Source of the DNA: a virus
Length of the DNA: 64,000 bases
IMG/VR virus record: IMGVR_UViG_3300046331_000099
Location: 9,109-73,108 of that record
Reading direction: 5' to 3' (one strand)
Shown here: piece after piece, positions 1 through 9,501 of the stretch
How the letters are laid out: each line of letters begins with the position of its first letter
How positions within the stretch are numbered: the stretch's first letter is position 1
The notes under the pieces: model-generated
Seen by the model: the letters and a program-made list of their open reading frames with translations, nothing else
Databases searched by the model: none
What the model was told of the DNA's origin: nothing
Position numbers and translations under genes: made by a program

Positions 1-891
1 AGTCAGACCAAGAGTGTCGTACATATCAGCAGTGTATGCAAGAACAGGCACATGCTTCAGTCCCATCTGCTCGATCAGACGACGACGGTCTTGTGGCAGC
101 AGGTATTCACCAGCACGGATGTTGTACACATCAAACACACGGAACTCGCATTCCTTGAGATTGTAGATGTTGCCTTGAATTCCTGGTCCAATCAATTCGC
201 CTTGGATAGCAAAGTCCCAGAACTCATCGACAGCCATCATCTTTTCTTGGATACCTTCCTTGCGAGCAGTAGCCCAGAAAGAGTTACCTTCGGTTTCTTT
301 CAGATCCATGTTACGAGAGCAGACACCGAACTCACCCTTGATCTGGTACACAGTCATTGAAGATCCTTCCAGCTTCTCAGTGATTTCGAACTTCAAACCA
401 GCCTCGTTCGCAGCAACAATTTCTTTCTTTAGGTTTTGAGCACGTTCTTGATCAGTCTTTGGAATCAGAGAAGGAAAGTTACCTTTACACACACCAGCAA
501 GTTGTGCGTTCAATGGCTTTTCCCACTTCTTGATGCCAAGAATTTCAGTCAGGTCATCACCTTCAACGAAGGCATCCATCTGAAAATCTGTTTTGATCTC
601 ACGCAGAGGCATCAGCAAACCCTGAGACAATTGGCCACGCAGCTTGATAGTCTTTAGACGTTCACCCTTAACACCTTCAAACTCACGAGGCTCTTTACCT
701 TTAGACAGGAATGGAGCAAGTTCAGTCGGGATCCAAGAGTCGATCTCGAAGTACACAGCCAAGTCGCCGACATTATAGAGACCCTTCTGAGCCACTACCT
801 TCCAACCACCGACAACGGCACACTCAATGGCATCTGCACCTTCGATGGGGTTCAGTTCATCAATTCGAACAATTTTAGCAAGTTTACGCAT
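1..891 (-). CDS. ATP-dependent RNA ligase, DRB0094/Rnl2-like family (runs off the window edge)
   Basis: Not in the ORF track. Manual translation from ATG 891: MRKLAKIVRIDELNPIEGADAIECAVVGGWKVV...YFEIDSW...IKLRGQLSQGL...FEITEKLEGSS (KxxG ligase motif I). Confidence 0.85.
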   Translation of the reverse strand, partial: MRKLAKIVRIDELNPIEGADAIECAVVGGWKVVAQKGLYNVGDLAVYFEIDSWIPTELAPFLSKGKEPREFEGVKGERLKTIKLRGQLSQGLLMPLREIKTDFQMDAFVEGDDLTEILGIKKWEKPLNAQLAGVCKGNFPSLIPKTDQERAQNLKKEIVAANEAGLKFEITEKLEGSSMTVYQIKGEFGVCSRNMDLKETEGNSFWATARKEGIQEKMMAVDEFWDFAIQGELIGPGIQGNIYNLKECEFRVFDVYNIRAGEYLLPQDRRRLIEQMGLKHVPVLAYTADMYDTLGLT

Positions 892-1240
892 TTTCAATTT
901 CCTTCATAACAAATAAGTTTTGTGGTACTGGACCAAACAACGAATACAATTGTCTACTTGATGTAGACGCCACCGCAAGTTTCATACTTTTCTTGGCAGC
1001 TTGTGTCTTGTAATAGGCACGGGCGATTCGGTTACGAACAGCACCACGACTATTGTTACACTGATAACATGCAGCGACTAGGTTAGACGAACATTCGATC
1101 TTATGGTGTTTCGGGCTAGACCATTTATCAACCAAGTGTTCAATTGTCGCTTGGCTTGGAGACTTATTAGTCTGGTTCATTTCGCAGTTACAGTAATAGC
1201 ACTTATTACCCTGCCGTGAAATTAAACTAAAGAGAGTCAT
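884..1240 (-). CDS. HNH endonuclease-like protein
   Basis: CYYC...TIEHL...NLVAACYQCN, HNH/Zn-binding pattern. Confidence 0.75.
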   Translation of the reverse strand: MTLFSLISRQGNKCYYCNCEMNQTNKSPSQATIEHLVDKWSSPKHHKIECSSNLVAACYQCNNSRGAVRNRIARAYYKTQAAKKSMKLAVASTSSRQLYSLFGPVPQNLFVMKEIENA

Positions 1241-1458
1241 TAGTAAGCCACACCGTAGGCATAGAATTTACCATTATCGTATTGACCAGTTTCCCAGCTG
1301 ACACGACGATTACCACAGTCACAACGACGATCCACTCCATCCCAACCATCGCAGACTACGTCTTCATCGTAGTCCATACAGTTTTGACCTTCAAACTCAT
1401 CCACACCACCAGCATCAATGCCAGCTTGGATAGCTTCTTCAGCAGTGTTATAGCTCAT
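1240..1458 (-). CDS. small acidic Cys-containing hypothetical protein
   Basis: 72-aa ORF with AGGAG RBS, tightly packed with neighbours. Confidence 0.7.
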   Translation of the reverse strand: MSYNTAEEAIQAGIDAGGVDEFEGQNCMDYDEDVVCDGWDGVDRRCDCGNRRVSWETGQYDNGKFYAYGVAY

Positions 1459-1467
1459 GATAACTCC

Positions 1468-1869
1468 TTAGTTCTTGTACAAGATAGCAGATTTTGGATA
1501 AACTTGACCAGTCTGAGCAGGGAGGATCACTGGGTTGCCGTTTACTGTGTAGACCACGTACATCATGTGAACATCAACTCTACGTGTGCTCTTACCAGAA
1601 GTGCGTGATTCGTTGTAGCCTTCGGGCTGATATCCTTGGAACTCAGCTGTGACTTTCTCGTTAGCAAAGGTCTTTGGAGTTTGGTTAGTCCAGTGATAAC
1701 TCACACCGTAGGCAAAACCTGCAACGACCACAGCAAAAAAGAAGTAAACAAAGAACGATTCACGCTCAACGAACAAGCAAATGATCAGGGCAATTATGCA
1801 GAAAGTAACTACAATACCAAAGCCTGTGTGATCAACTGGAATGAGTGCGAGAGGGTGGAACGTATACAT
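1468..1869 (-). CDS. hypothetical membrane protein
   Basis: Two N-terminal hydrophobic segments; directly downstream of a sigma70-type promoter. Confidence 0.7.
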   Translation of the reverse strand: MYTFHPLALIPVDHTGFGIVVTFCIIALIICLFVERESFFVYFFFAVVVAGFAYGVSYHWTNQTPKTFANEKVTAEFQGYQPEGYNESRTSGKSTRRVDVHMMYVVYTVNGNPVILPAQTGQVYPKSAILYKN

Positions 1870-1900
1870 TTGGGTCTTTCTTTCCTAATCAACTGTAGTT

Positions 1901-1929
1901 ATTATACAGTGGATCTGCAAAAGTGTCAA
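1901..1929 (-). promoter_or_regulatory. sigma70-type early promoter
   Basis: TTGACA-N17-TATAAT on the minus strand. Confidence 0.85.
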
Positions 1930-1939
1930 CAACTAAATT

Positions 1940-1968
1940 GAAAGACCCCACTTAGTGTGGGGTCTTTC
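1940..1968. promoter_or_regulatory. palindrome ACCCCAC-N5-GTGGGGT (terminator of nadV and/or operator upstream of the -35)
   Basis: GAAAGACCCCAC ttagt GTGGGGTCTTTC inverted repeat; same motif recurs upstream of four other promoters. Confidence 0.6.
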
Positions 1969-1984
1969 TAAGTAAACTTTAAGT

Positions 1985-3385
1985 TTACTTTTTAGTGTTG
2001 GCTCGAACCGTTGCAAAGTCAATTTCGTTGAACAGTGCACCATTCATGTAGACGGTCTTCATAGCCTCTGTCCAACCTCCTACACCCTTGTCTGACCAAC
2101 CAGTTGGAGCAGTCACACCAGAAGCGAACTCGCCTCCTGAGTTGGTCCAAAGTTTAACACGACCACCTTTAGAACGCTTTCCAGAGTCGGTTACAGGGTC
2201 TTTTACAACATCCTGCCACACGCCATTGATCTGGATAGACGAACACTTCATGGCGAATCGTTGAGTGTCTCGGTTGACGATTTGGAGCAGAGCACCGCCC
2301 ATACCGAAGGCAATGTTGTCAGCTGACCATCCCATTGCCATGAATGCACCAAGGATAGAACGGATGGACAACTCATTGACCCCATCCCCTTGGATAAGTC
2401 GGACATTGTTAAGGACTTTGAAACCCTTGGCGTTTGTGGTGTATCCAAATTTTGCTCCTAAAATTTCAATCAGCTTACGGTTAACTACAACAGGATCACC
2501 AGAGTCAGGACGAATCACGACAGTGGCACCAGAAGCGACCACTTCGTCACGCAGTTCTTCACCCCAGAGTTTCTCTGCAGCATTGTAGATGTCATAGCTA
2601 TCACTAACAACAGCAAGGATAGAACCTTCACGACCGAATTGCTTCAGCATGTTGCGGTATGCATCTACTTCACCCTCACGACCCCAAGAAGTGATAGTAC
2701 TGTGTTCGGCAGCTGGAATTGAAAAGCCAGCGATGCCAGCATTGTAATATTCACGAGCGTACAGTACACCAGTAATAGTGTCGGAACCCATAAAGTTAAC
2801 CAAGTGGGCAGCGCCACCAATTCCCGCAGACTCCATTGAAGAGACACCACGAGCACCAAAGTCATGCAACTTAAAATCAATAGCAGTAGGGTCACCAGTT
2901 TTCTCCAAGTATTCAGCAATCACTTGCTTGATTGTATAAGACTGGGTTGCCACAGTTGTACCATACCATACGGCACGGAGCACTGCAGTTTCCAGATAAG
3001 TCGTCAGCCAGAAACATTCTGGGTCTGTGTTTTCGACAGTCGCCAGAACATTCGAGACAGGCACCACAGTGCCTTCAGGTACAGCACGAATGACCAAAGG
3101 TAAGTAACCTTCGTGCTTATCAAGGATGTATTGCCAGCCCTCACGATTAAATGGTTCGCCGTGGGCTGTAAGAATCTCATCTGCAACATCAATGTCGGCT
3201 TGTGTGATGGGGTCAAGTAAATACTCCTTAATGAACGCTTGAAGACCGAACATCAATGTACGATCGTATTGACCACCACGAGATTCGATGTAAGAATAAA
3301 CGCCAGTTGTGCCAGCAGGATATTGTTTGAACATGCTTGTCTTGTACGAGTCAGTGTTCAGGATAAGGTTTTTTGCGAGTTTCAT
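1985..3385 (-). CDS. nadV: nicotinamide phosphoribosyltransferase (Nampt)
   Basis: LNTDSYKTS, LHDFGARG, SIPAAEHST, VSDSYD, IRPDSGDP, QGDG, FGMGGALLQ motifs. Confidence 0.95.
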   Translation of the reverse strand: MKLAKNLILNTDSYKTSMFKQYPAGTTGVYSYIESRGGQYDRTLMFGLQAFIKEYLLDPITQADIDVADEILTAHGEPFNREGWQYILDKHEGYLPLVIRAVPEGTVVPVSNVLATVENTDPECFWLTTYLETAVLRAVWYGTTVATQSYTIKQVIAEYLEKTGDPTAIDFKLHDFGARGVSSMESAGIGGAAHLVNFMGSDTITGVLYAREYYNAGIAGFSIPAAEHSTITSWGREGEVDAYRNMLKQFGREGSILAVVSDSYDIYNAAEKLWGEELRDEVVASGATVVIRPDSGDPVVVNRKLIEILGAKFGYTTNAKGFKVLNNVRLIQGDGVNELSIRSILGAFMAMGWSADNIAFGMGGALLQIVNRDTQRFAMKCSSIQINGVWQDVVKDPVTDSGKRSKGGRVKLWTNSGGEFASGVTAPTGWSDKGVGGWTEAMKTVYMNGALFNEIDFATVRANTKK

Positions 3386-3401
3386 GATTAGCTCCTAATC
3401 T

Positions 3402-4376
3402 TTACAGTTTTGAAAATGCTGGCATTGGGTTAACACCAGTTACTTTTGACAAGATGTCTTTGTGGTCGTCATACATCTGAATTGTATTCAGTGCATCAGT
3501 GAGTGGCACCCACTTACACAAAGCAGCATCGTCTGCACCATTGGCACGTGGCAACGAGAAATCAGGATTTGGGTTGATTCTCATGTACACAGCCATAGTG
3601 TTTCGGGGAATACCGAATGAACGACTTGGATCGTCGAACAGTTCAGTCTTCACGATAGAGCCACGGAGAACTTTCTCTGGAACTCTAACATTGGTTTCTT
3701 CGATCAGTTCACGGATGGCACAATCGAGGAATGTTTCACGTTGGTTGCGGAAACCGCCTGGAAGTGCCCATGCACCACGACCTGGAGCAAATTTGCGTTG
3801 TATGAGAAGAACGTGACCTTGGCACTCGAGTATCGCATCACTGCAGTTGAAGTTAAGGGTTTCAGGGAATGGGTAGTTAGCAAAAGTTACCTTCTCTTTC
3901 TGATAGAATGCGTAGTCGTCTTGAACAGTTGATGGCATGTCTGGATCTTTCAGATCGAACATGCGTTGGCGAACAGCTGTGGCGTTCACGTTGTACTGTG
4001 ACTCAATACTCTTGAATGGCCAATCTGGGAACCATGTAAGATAGTTGTTACCTTCTTTCATGTGTCCAAACAAGGTTGGTACACCCATGTCGTAGTGTTC
4101 AACAGTGGCACGCACATCAGACATCCATTGAGAATCTGAGTAGCGATAGTCGTTTAGTGGGAGAATTTCGTAGTTGGAGATATTTGCAGTACGCAATTTG
4201 TTACGCAACATCTGTACACGCTCTTGGAATGTCCAAGGGTTTTTGATTGATCGACATTGATTCGCAGAACCAACGAGGATGTAGAGTTTCTCTACTTGAG
4301 AAGCGGCAATGCCCAGTGCGTGGACATGTCCTTGGTGGACGGGTTGAAAACGTCCGATGAAGATTCCTGATTTCAT
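3402..4376 (-). CDS. nadM: bifunctional NMN adenylyltransferase / ADP-ribose pyrophosphatase (NadM-Nudix, NatV-like)
   Basis: N-terminal GRFQPVHQGH (HxGH) and C-terminal Nudix box GGF...E...CAIRELIEET. Confidence 0.92.
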   Translation of the reverse strand: MKSGIFIGRFQPVHQGHVHALGIAASQVEKLYILVGSANQCRSIKNPWTFQERVQMLRNKLRTANISNYEILPLNDYRYSDSQWMSDVRATVEHYDMGVPTLFGHMKEGNNYLTWFPDWPFKSIESQYNVNATAVRQRMFDLKDPDMPSTVQDDYAFYQKEKVTFANYPFPETLNFNCSDAILECQGHVLLIQRKFAPGRGAWALPGGFRNQRETFLDCAIRELIEETNVRVPEKVLRGSIVKTELFDDPSRSFGIPRNTMAVYMRINPNPDFSLPRANGADDAALCKWVPLTDALNTIQMYDDHKDILSKVTGVNPMPAFSKL

Positions 4377-4447
4377 TTTCTTAGCTCCTAAGAATTCATT
4401 GTAGAGTCTGACTACCAGACTCTTTGTTTATATATCTTATTCTAAAC

Positions 4448-4897
4448 TCACTTGCAAGTCAAGCGATCTTTGATCTCAGTATAGAACATTTGGTACTTAG
4501 CGATTCGAGCGATGTCTTTCTCAGTCACACCCTTCAACCGACGGATATCGGTATTGTGTCGCAAGTCAGCCATCTTAACACGCATGGCGTCTTCGCTGGA
4601 GAACACAGCAGCTTTGTACTCTTCGTAAGTCTGGCCACGTTGCTTTGTGAGACACTGGAGACCTTTGATAACTCGCTCAGAGATGCCAGCGTCACGTAGA
4701 TCTTGGTAAGTAACGTCAGTGTCTTCAATCACGTCATGACCAAGAGCCATACACATCAGTTCTTCGTCGTCAGACTTTAGGTAGTGCATCACTTTTAGAG
4801 GATGGAGAATGTAGGGATTTCCACCCTTGTCGAATTGACCATGGTGTGCATTAACAGCGATGTTAAGCATTTTGTCGAGCATTTCGCCTTTTCTCAT
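4448..4897 (-). CDS. HD-domain hydrolase, small alarmone (p)ppGpp hydrolase/Mesh1-like
   Basis: AHHGQ.DKGG.PYILHP, LGHDVIED, VKMADLRHN. Confidence 0.85.
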   Translation of the reverse strand: MRKGEMLDKMLNIAVNAHHGQFDKGGNPYILHPLKVMHYLKSDDEELMCMALGHDVIEDTDVTYQDLRDAGISERVIKGLQCLTKQRGQTYEEYKAAVFSSEDAMRVKMADLRHNTDIRRLKGVTEKDIARIAKYQMFYTEIKDRLTCK

Positions 4898-4923
4898 AAT
4901 CTCTTCTCCTAATCAGTAACTTT

Positions 4924-4952
4924 ATTATACCACAGTTCTTAGAGAAAGACAA
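4924..4952 (-). promoter_or_regulatory. sigma70-type promoter
   Basis: TTGTCT-N17-TATAAT. Confidence 0.65.
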
Positions 4953-5051
4953 CCACGCAGATTAAACCCATGATGACAATAAGGGCAATAGAGTCAGCCA
5001 GATCCTCTCCAGAACTAATACTTTTGGTTGACTTTAAGTAATCGTACCACT

Positions 5052-5546
5052 TCATTCCCAGTCTCCTACAGGCACTACAATGCCACCAGTTGTTACGACA
5101 CCGTTCACCACTTGGGATGGCTCATCGGAGTCGTAAGTCAAGCCCAGAACCTTCATCATCTTGTGCTTGACAAGCATGTTCGGGATTCGGAGTCGTTCAG
5201 TAGCCGTAAAGCCCATCATTGTAGCCACTTCGGTCACAGCACCACTACGACAGATACCAGCGTGACAATGGACGACTACGTTCATTGAGTTATCCAGTGC
5301 GTATTGGAGCAAGTCGACTAATTCCTGAGCGTCTGCATCACTGATGAGACATTCTTCTGGGAAACTACCATCATTCTCGGCATCTAGGAACTCAAAGTGA
5401 CGGGACACCACTTTGAATGGGAACTTTGGTGTAGGGAACGTGGACGCTGGGTCTCCAATCTGGATCAGCATGGCGTTTGGACCAGCATCAAAGTGGTGTC
5501 CATTACGCACAGCGTCCTTACTTACGTTCTCGATCCAGCGAATCAT
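5052..5546 (-). CDS. Cys-dependent protein-tyrosine/dual-specificity phosphatase-like protein
   Basis: VVHCHAGICRSG (HCxxGxxRS). Confidence 0.85.
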   Translation of the reverse strand: MIRWIENVSKDAVRNGHHFDAGPNAMLIQIGDPASTFPTPKFPFKVVSRHFEFLDAENDGSFPEECLISDADAQELVDLLQYALDNSMNVVVHCHAGICRSGAVTEVATMMGFTATERLRIPNMLVKHKMMKVLGLTYDSDEPSQVVNGVVTTGGIVVPVGDWE

Positions 5547-5758
5547 TTTGTTACCTTTGAAATTTGTACGTCGAAAGTCGACTTGTTCATTTTGTTGTCG
5601 TAGAAGTTAAATGTTCTACCCAAACCAAGACTGTCGCCCATTTCTTCAGCACAGAGACGGACAGCTGCATTTACTGCGATAGAATCACCCACGCCACGTT
5701 TGATGGCAGTAGCTGTTGAATAGAACGACACACCATTAACAATCACACGATACTTCAT
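5543..5758 (-). CDS. hypothetical protein
   Basis: 71-aa ORF with ATGA overlaps on both sides. Confidence 0.7.
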   Translation of the reverse strand: MKYRVIVNGVSFYSTATAIKRGVGDSIAVNAAVRLCAEEMGDSLGLGRTFNFYDNKMNKSTFDVQISKVTK

Positions 5759-5880
5759 ACCATTTCCTCGATTTCTTCACAACAAATAACTCCACCATTG
5801 ATGGAGAGATACAATTCGGCAACAGCCTTAACGTAGAAACACATCACTCGACCAGTCTTTGTAATCAGCACGTATTTCAT
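5755..5880 (-). CDS. small hypothetical protein (41 aa, not in ORF track)
   Basis: MKYVLITKTGRVMCFYVKAVAELYLSINGGVICCEEIEEMV; AGGAGA RBS; first gene after a promoter. Confidence 0.65.
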   Translation of the reverse strand: MKYVLITKTGRVMCFYVKAVAELYLSINGGVICCEEIEEMV

Positions 5881-5904
5881 TCGTTCTCCTAAGCAGATGA
5901 CTCT

Positions 5905-5932
5905 ATTATACAGTAACTATGCAAGATGTCAA
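5905..5932 (-). promoter_or_regulatory. sigma70-type promoter with upstream ACCCTAC-N5-GTAGGGT palindrome
   Basis: TTGACA-N16-TATAAT; palindrome at about 5949-5967. Confidence 0.75.
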
Positions 5933-5988
5933 CAACTAAATTGAGAAAACCCTACACTTGGTAGGGTTATTTCTGGAAAACGAAAGTA

Positions 5989-6186
5989 TTACCCTCCTCG
6001 AGAGGCTCCTCGACTTGTTGGTCGGGCTGCGATTCGGTTCACTGACTGTTTTACCATCTTAGTTGCTTCGCCTTTGCTCAATCCCCTTGCTTGAAGTTGC
6101 TTACGAGCCTTCTTCTTGGATTTCTTAAGAAGTTTCTCTGCGTGCCACTTGTCGGCGAATGTCATTGGTTTGATTTCTTCTGTCAT
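5989..6186 (-). CDS. small basic hypothetical protein
   Basis: 65 aa, Lys/Arg-rich. Confidence 0.65.
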   Translation of the reverse strand: MTEEIKPMTFADKWHAEKLLKKSKKKARKQLQARGLSKGEATKMVKQSVNRIAARPTSRGASRGG

Positions 6187-6187
6187 T

Positions 6188-6832
6188 TTATTTTCCTGTA
6201 TCTACTATGTTAATGTTAAGGATAACTCTTCTATTACTATTCACTGGATGCCCTGCAGTATGATACTGCATACCATCAAATATAAGTAAACGATTAGCCT
6301 TTGGTGGGATAGAATGCTCTATTGTGAACCCACTACGGGTGAAGTTGCTCGCATAATTAGTCTTTTCTTCTTCTGTAGAATCTTTACAAAGTGGAGTGCA
6401 ATTAATCGGTTTTTGTATCTGGTGGAATAATCTTGTATCACCATCACTATCATTTAAATACAATATGGCAGTTTTATGGGCTGCTGGTGAATCGATATGT
6501 GGTATATTATAGGTTTCTGCTCCAACGCCAATCTTTGGCCATTTCATCGCAGCACGTACCCTTAATAAGTTTTCTTGCGGATATCCTAACTTTATCATCA
6601 TGTTATAGAAATACTCCTCAAGAATACCATATTCTTCGCTAATATAATTTCTTGGACGATCGAACAGTAAACACTGCAAGGCATCTGTTTCTACTGCTAG
6701 TGGGTCTTCTACCTTTAACCAATCTGGAACAGATATATTTGGAATATAATACCATGGCATGGCTGGTCCAAGAATTAGATCTTGTAATTCTTTGAATTTA
6801 TCTTCTGGAAAAAAGTTATCAATTATTTGCAT
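6188..6832 (-). CDS. 2OG-Fe(II) oxygenase superfamily protein
   Basis: IIDNF start; PHID...ILYLNDSDGDT...PKANRLLIFDG..YH...R. Confidence 0.8.
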   Translation of the reverse strand: MQIIDNFFPEDKFKELQDLILGPAMPWYYIPNISVPDWLKVEDPLAVETDALQCLLFDRPRNYISEEYGILEEYFYNMMIKLGYPQENLLRVRAAMKWPKIGVGAETYNIPHIDSPAAHKTAILYLNDSDGDTRLFHQIQKPINCTPLCKDSTEEEKTNYASNFTRSGFTIEHSIPPKANRLLIFDGMQYHTAGHPVNSNRRVILNINIVDTGK

Positions 6833-7430
6833 AGGCTTCGAACACGAAATTTAATATGATTCTATCTTTATGTATCACTGGATTAGAAGAGGCGTGATAT
6901 CTGTTCGACTGGAATATGACAGCACGATTCTTTTTAGGTTTTATTCTCTGATTAACAGTTAGTTTATTTGGGTGCGGTTCACCCATAGTAAAGAACTCAT
7001 TAAATAAAAATGTATCACCATCACTATCTTGTGTATAATAAATCATAGAATAACATTTATCTGAACCATCATGATGTGGAATATTATAATGGGTATCAGG
7101 TAAGTTCTGTTTAGTTAAAATATTAGACTTGATTCTGCAGATACCAGTAATGCTAAATTCTGGAACTTTATCTTCTAATGAGTAAATTAGTGGTTTAATA
7201 TACTCAAAGTAGAATGGATGGCAGTGATTAACTTCAGCATCAAATATTGGTGAAGAAAACTGCCCACAGTCCATTACATTATTATCAGAGTAAAGTTCTC
7301 CTAGATACTCACCATATTTTAAATCAGTTGAAGTATGTCTTAAATACGAATATTGTAATGTATCAACCATATCTCTTTCGATAGCATCGGCATATCTTGG
7401 AGTGATTAAGTTATCAATAATCTTAATCAC
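6819..7430 (-). CDS. 2OG-Fe(II) oxygenase superfamily protein
   Basis: PHHD...YYTQDSDGDT...PKKNRAVIF...YHAS...RIILN; paralog of the neighbour. Confidence 0.8.
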   Translation of the reverse strand: MIKIIDNLITPRYADAIERDMVDTLQYSYLRHTSTDLKYGEYLGELYSDNNVMDCGQFSSPIFDAEVNHCHPFYFEYIKPLIYSLEDKVPEFSITGICRIKSNILTKQNLPDTHYNIPHHDGSDKCYSMIYYTQDSDGDTFLFNEFFTMGEPHPNKLTVNQRIKPKKNRAVIFQSNRYHASSNPVIHKDRIILNFVFEAYANN

Positions 7431-8113
7431 GTTTCGCTGCCACCCATATTCTTGATCATCTTTTCATTATCTGCATTTTTTAATACATTAACCCAATCTT
7501 CGTACATTCTGTGGATGTTTGACACAATAAGAATACGCTCTTGATAAACTGGCTTGTGGTAATCAGTAGGTTCAATAAAGTGAATCAAATAACCTGGACT
7601 CACAACCAACATACCTTCTTCTAATCGCAGACGTTTGAATGGACTAAACTGGTTGTTATAATTAACTCCGCCACGTGGATCGATAAAAACCATGTTCCCT
7701 GGATTATCATTATTAAGATTAATATAGAATACACCAACACCTAAAGTAGAACCATGGTGATGTGGAGTGATTCTATACTCCACATCGGCGTGGATGTGTC
7801 TGAAATAACCTTTGGCAATGCGCATTGGTGGTAATGGCATCTCAGAATGCAGAGTCAATGTCTTCTCAGCTAATTCTAATTTCTTTTTCTGAACTTCTAA
7901 CATAGTGTCTGGCAAGTCAGGTAAACTCCAAACATCAACACTATTCTTTTGTGCTCTTGGTAGGACATACTTACGCACGTCATCTTTCAATTGTTCAATA
8001 AAATCCTGAGAGAATGGACGAGAGACACCAATTGGTGTTGACCATAACTCATGTATTGTTTCTTGTCCATTATTAACAAGGACGGTTTTCTTACCGTTGT
8101 CTGTCATACTCAT
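7427..8113 (-). CDS. putative 2OG-Fe(II) oxygenase (TIGR02466-like)
   Basis: PHHH..LGVGVFY..G.MVFIDPR..EGMLVVSPGYLIH..R. Confidence 0.7.
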   Translation of the reverse strand: MSMTDNGKKTVLVNNGQETIHELWSTPIGVSRPFSQDFIEQLKDDVRKYVLPRAQKNSVDVWSLPDLPDTMLEVQKKKLELAEKTLTLHSEMPLPPMRIAKGYFRHIHADVEYRITPHHHGSTLGVGVFYINLNNDNPGNMVFIDPRGGVNYNNQFSPFKRLRLEEGMLVVSPGYLIHFIEPTDYHKPVYQERILIVSNIHRMYEDWVNVLKNADNEKMIKNMGGSET

Positions 8114-8127
8114 ATGTTGGGGTTCCG

Positions 8128-8856
8128 TTATACTTCTCTAACTCTGAAAACTACAGCATAGCGCATTTGATCTGCCCATGGTGCAGTAGGCTTTGTTGTA
8201 TGTAAAGCTCTTCCATCATATACAATAACTCTGCCTGCAACTGGCGATACTATTGCATATGGATAACCAACTCCAAATTCTCTTGATTGCCCATAACCTC
8301 TTTGAAATTGTTGATTATCACCCGTTGTGTCATCATCACTATAAAACACATTCTCTGCCATCCAAGTTGGATACCACTGAAGATTAGCTATGTATAAAAT
8401 TGTATGATGTTTGGTATTGCTTAAATCAATTGTATCTCTATGTATTGCATGAGAACGTTTAATAGTTTCATTCGGTTGTGCATTTACATAGCAAAGAGAA
8501 TATGCATTAGGTCTTAGCTTTGGGTCAGCCATTCCTTCTGTATCACCATCAATAACATATTTGTTTCCAAGTTTAGAGTTGATATCATTCCACAACTCTT
8601 GGATAACAGGATGACCTTCACCACGTAATCCAAAGACGCAACGATGCATGTATTGGTTATTGATAGAAGGTATAGTATCGTCAAGATACTCTTTTTTGTT
8701 GTCGATTGGTTTGTAGTAGATTACAGATCCAGGTTCTGGATATGAGACATCCTTGCGAGTTGCATGGAAAGTTTGTCGTTGGATGTAATCCCAGACTCTC
8801 CAACGGAGATCATCTGGGATTAAATCGTCGAATGATTGTACGCTATAAGTTTTCAT
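8128..8856 (-). CDS. 2OG-Fe(II) oxygenase superfamily protein
   Basis: IHRD...ILY...PVAGRVIVYDG..LH...R; start placed at ATG 8856, below the late promoter. Confidence 0.75.
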   Translation of the reverse strand: MKTYSVQSFDDLIPDDLRWRVWDYIQRQTFHATRKDVSYPEPGSVIYYKPIDNKKEYLDDTIPSINNQYMHRCVFGLRGEGHPVIQELWNDINSKLGNKYVIDGDTEGMADPKLRPNAYSLCYVNAQPNETIKRSHAIHRDTIDLSNTKHHTILYIANLQWYPTWMAENVFYSDDDTTGDNQQFQRGYGQSREFGVGYPYAIVSPVAGRVIVYDGRALHTTKPTAPWADQMRYAVVFRVREV

Positions 8857-8861
8857 AAATG

Positions 8862-8869
8862 TATTTATA
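8862..8869 (-). promoter_or_regulatory. T4-type late promoter
   Basis: TATAAATA immediately upstream of the four-oxygenase run. Confidence 0.65.
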
Positions 8870-8980
8870 TCATATAGGAACACACTGCCAATTATTCTAA
8901 ACGTGCTAACAAATTTAGACTTTGTTTATCTGAAACGACTCGGAGTACGACTTCCAAGCTCAGTGTGCTGCTATATGATA
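8868..8980 (-). ncRNA. family-2 long-stem element (copy 1)
   Basis: 5' TATCATATAGCAGCACACTG pairs with 3' CAGTGTGTTCCTATATGATA. Confidence 0.55.
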
Positions 8981-9050
8981 GTTGGTAGAGATAATCTAGG
9001 TTTCTCGTTTATCGCACCATGCTCGCCCTAGCGCCTAGGTAGACCAACTT

Positions 9051-9202
9051 ACCATAATAAAACACATTCTGCTTTCTCGTTTTTCCTTTCGAAACTACTA
9101 GACGAGTACCCCTGCTATTCAACCTTGGGTGCTGGCGATTTGCGGCTCACTTAGATCAATCTGCAGATATCTCGTTTGTGATTGAATGTGTTTTATTATA
9201 GT
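9051..9202 (-). ncRNA. family-2 long-stem element (copy 2)
   Basis: 5' ACTATAATAAAACACATTC pairs with 3' GAATGTGTTTTATTATGGT. Confidence 0.6.
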
Positions 9203-9308
9203 GACTGTTTAGTCTGATAACAGTCAAAGAGTTGTTGTAAGTTTGTTCTAGACCAAGATTACATTTAGCTTTCGCAAGGCACTCCACGTTTGAGCCTTCT
9301 GGTTAGAT

Positions 9309-9451
9309 ACCATAATTCAATACACTCCCAGAAGAAGTCATCCTTCTGTAACCATTACACTTCTCTTGATTAGATCATGACCCTAACCTCAAAATGTCTT
9401 GACACGACTGGCTATGCCTGCTATTTGACTAAAAGTATATTGAATTATAGT
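9309..9451 (-). ncRNA. family-2 long-stem element (copy 3)
   Basis: 5' ACTATAATTCAATATACT pairs with 3' AGTGTATTGAATTATGGT. Confidence 0.6.
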
Positions 9452-9501
9452 GTCTGGTGATTACGCACACCAGACAATGCGCCCGCCCCTAAGCGACTAG
9501 G

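Noticed and set aside
8966-8980. TATCATA-TAG-CAGCA as a ninth CAGCA-family RNA
   Set aside because: Here CAGCA is paired within a continuous 20-bp stem and there is no GTT tail; it fits the family-2 long stems better, though a relationship between the two families cannot be excluded
8868-9451. Possible CRISPR array or mini-array in the repeated stems
   Set aside because: The units are inverted repeats with degenerate arms and inserts of very unequal length, not identical direct repeats with uniform spacers; no cas genes in the window
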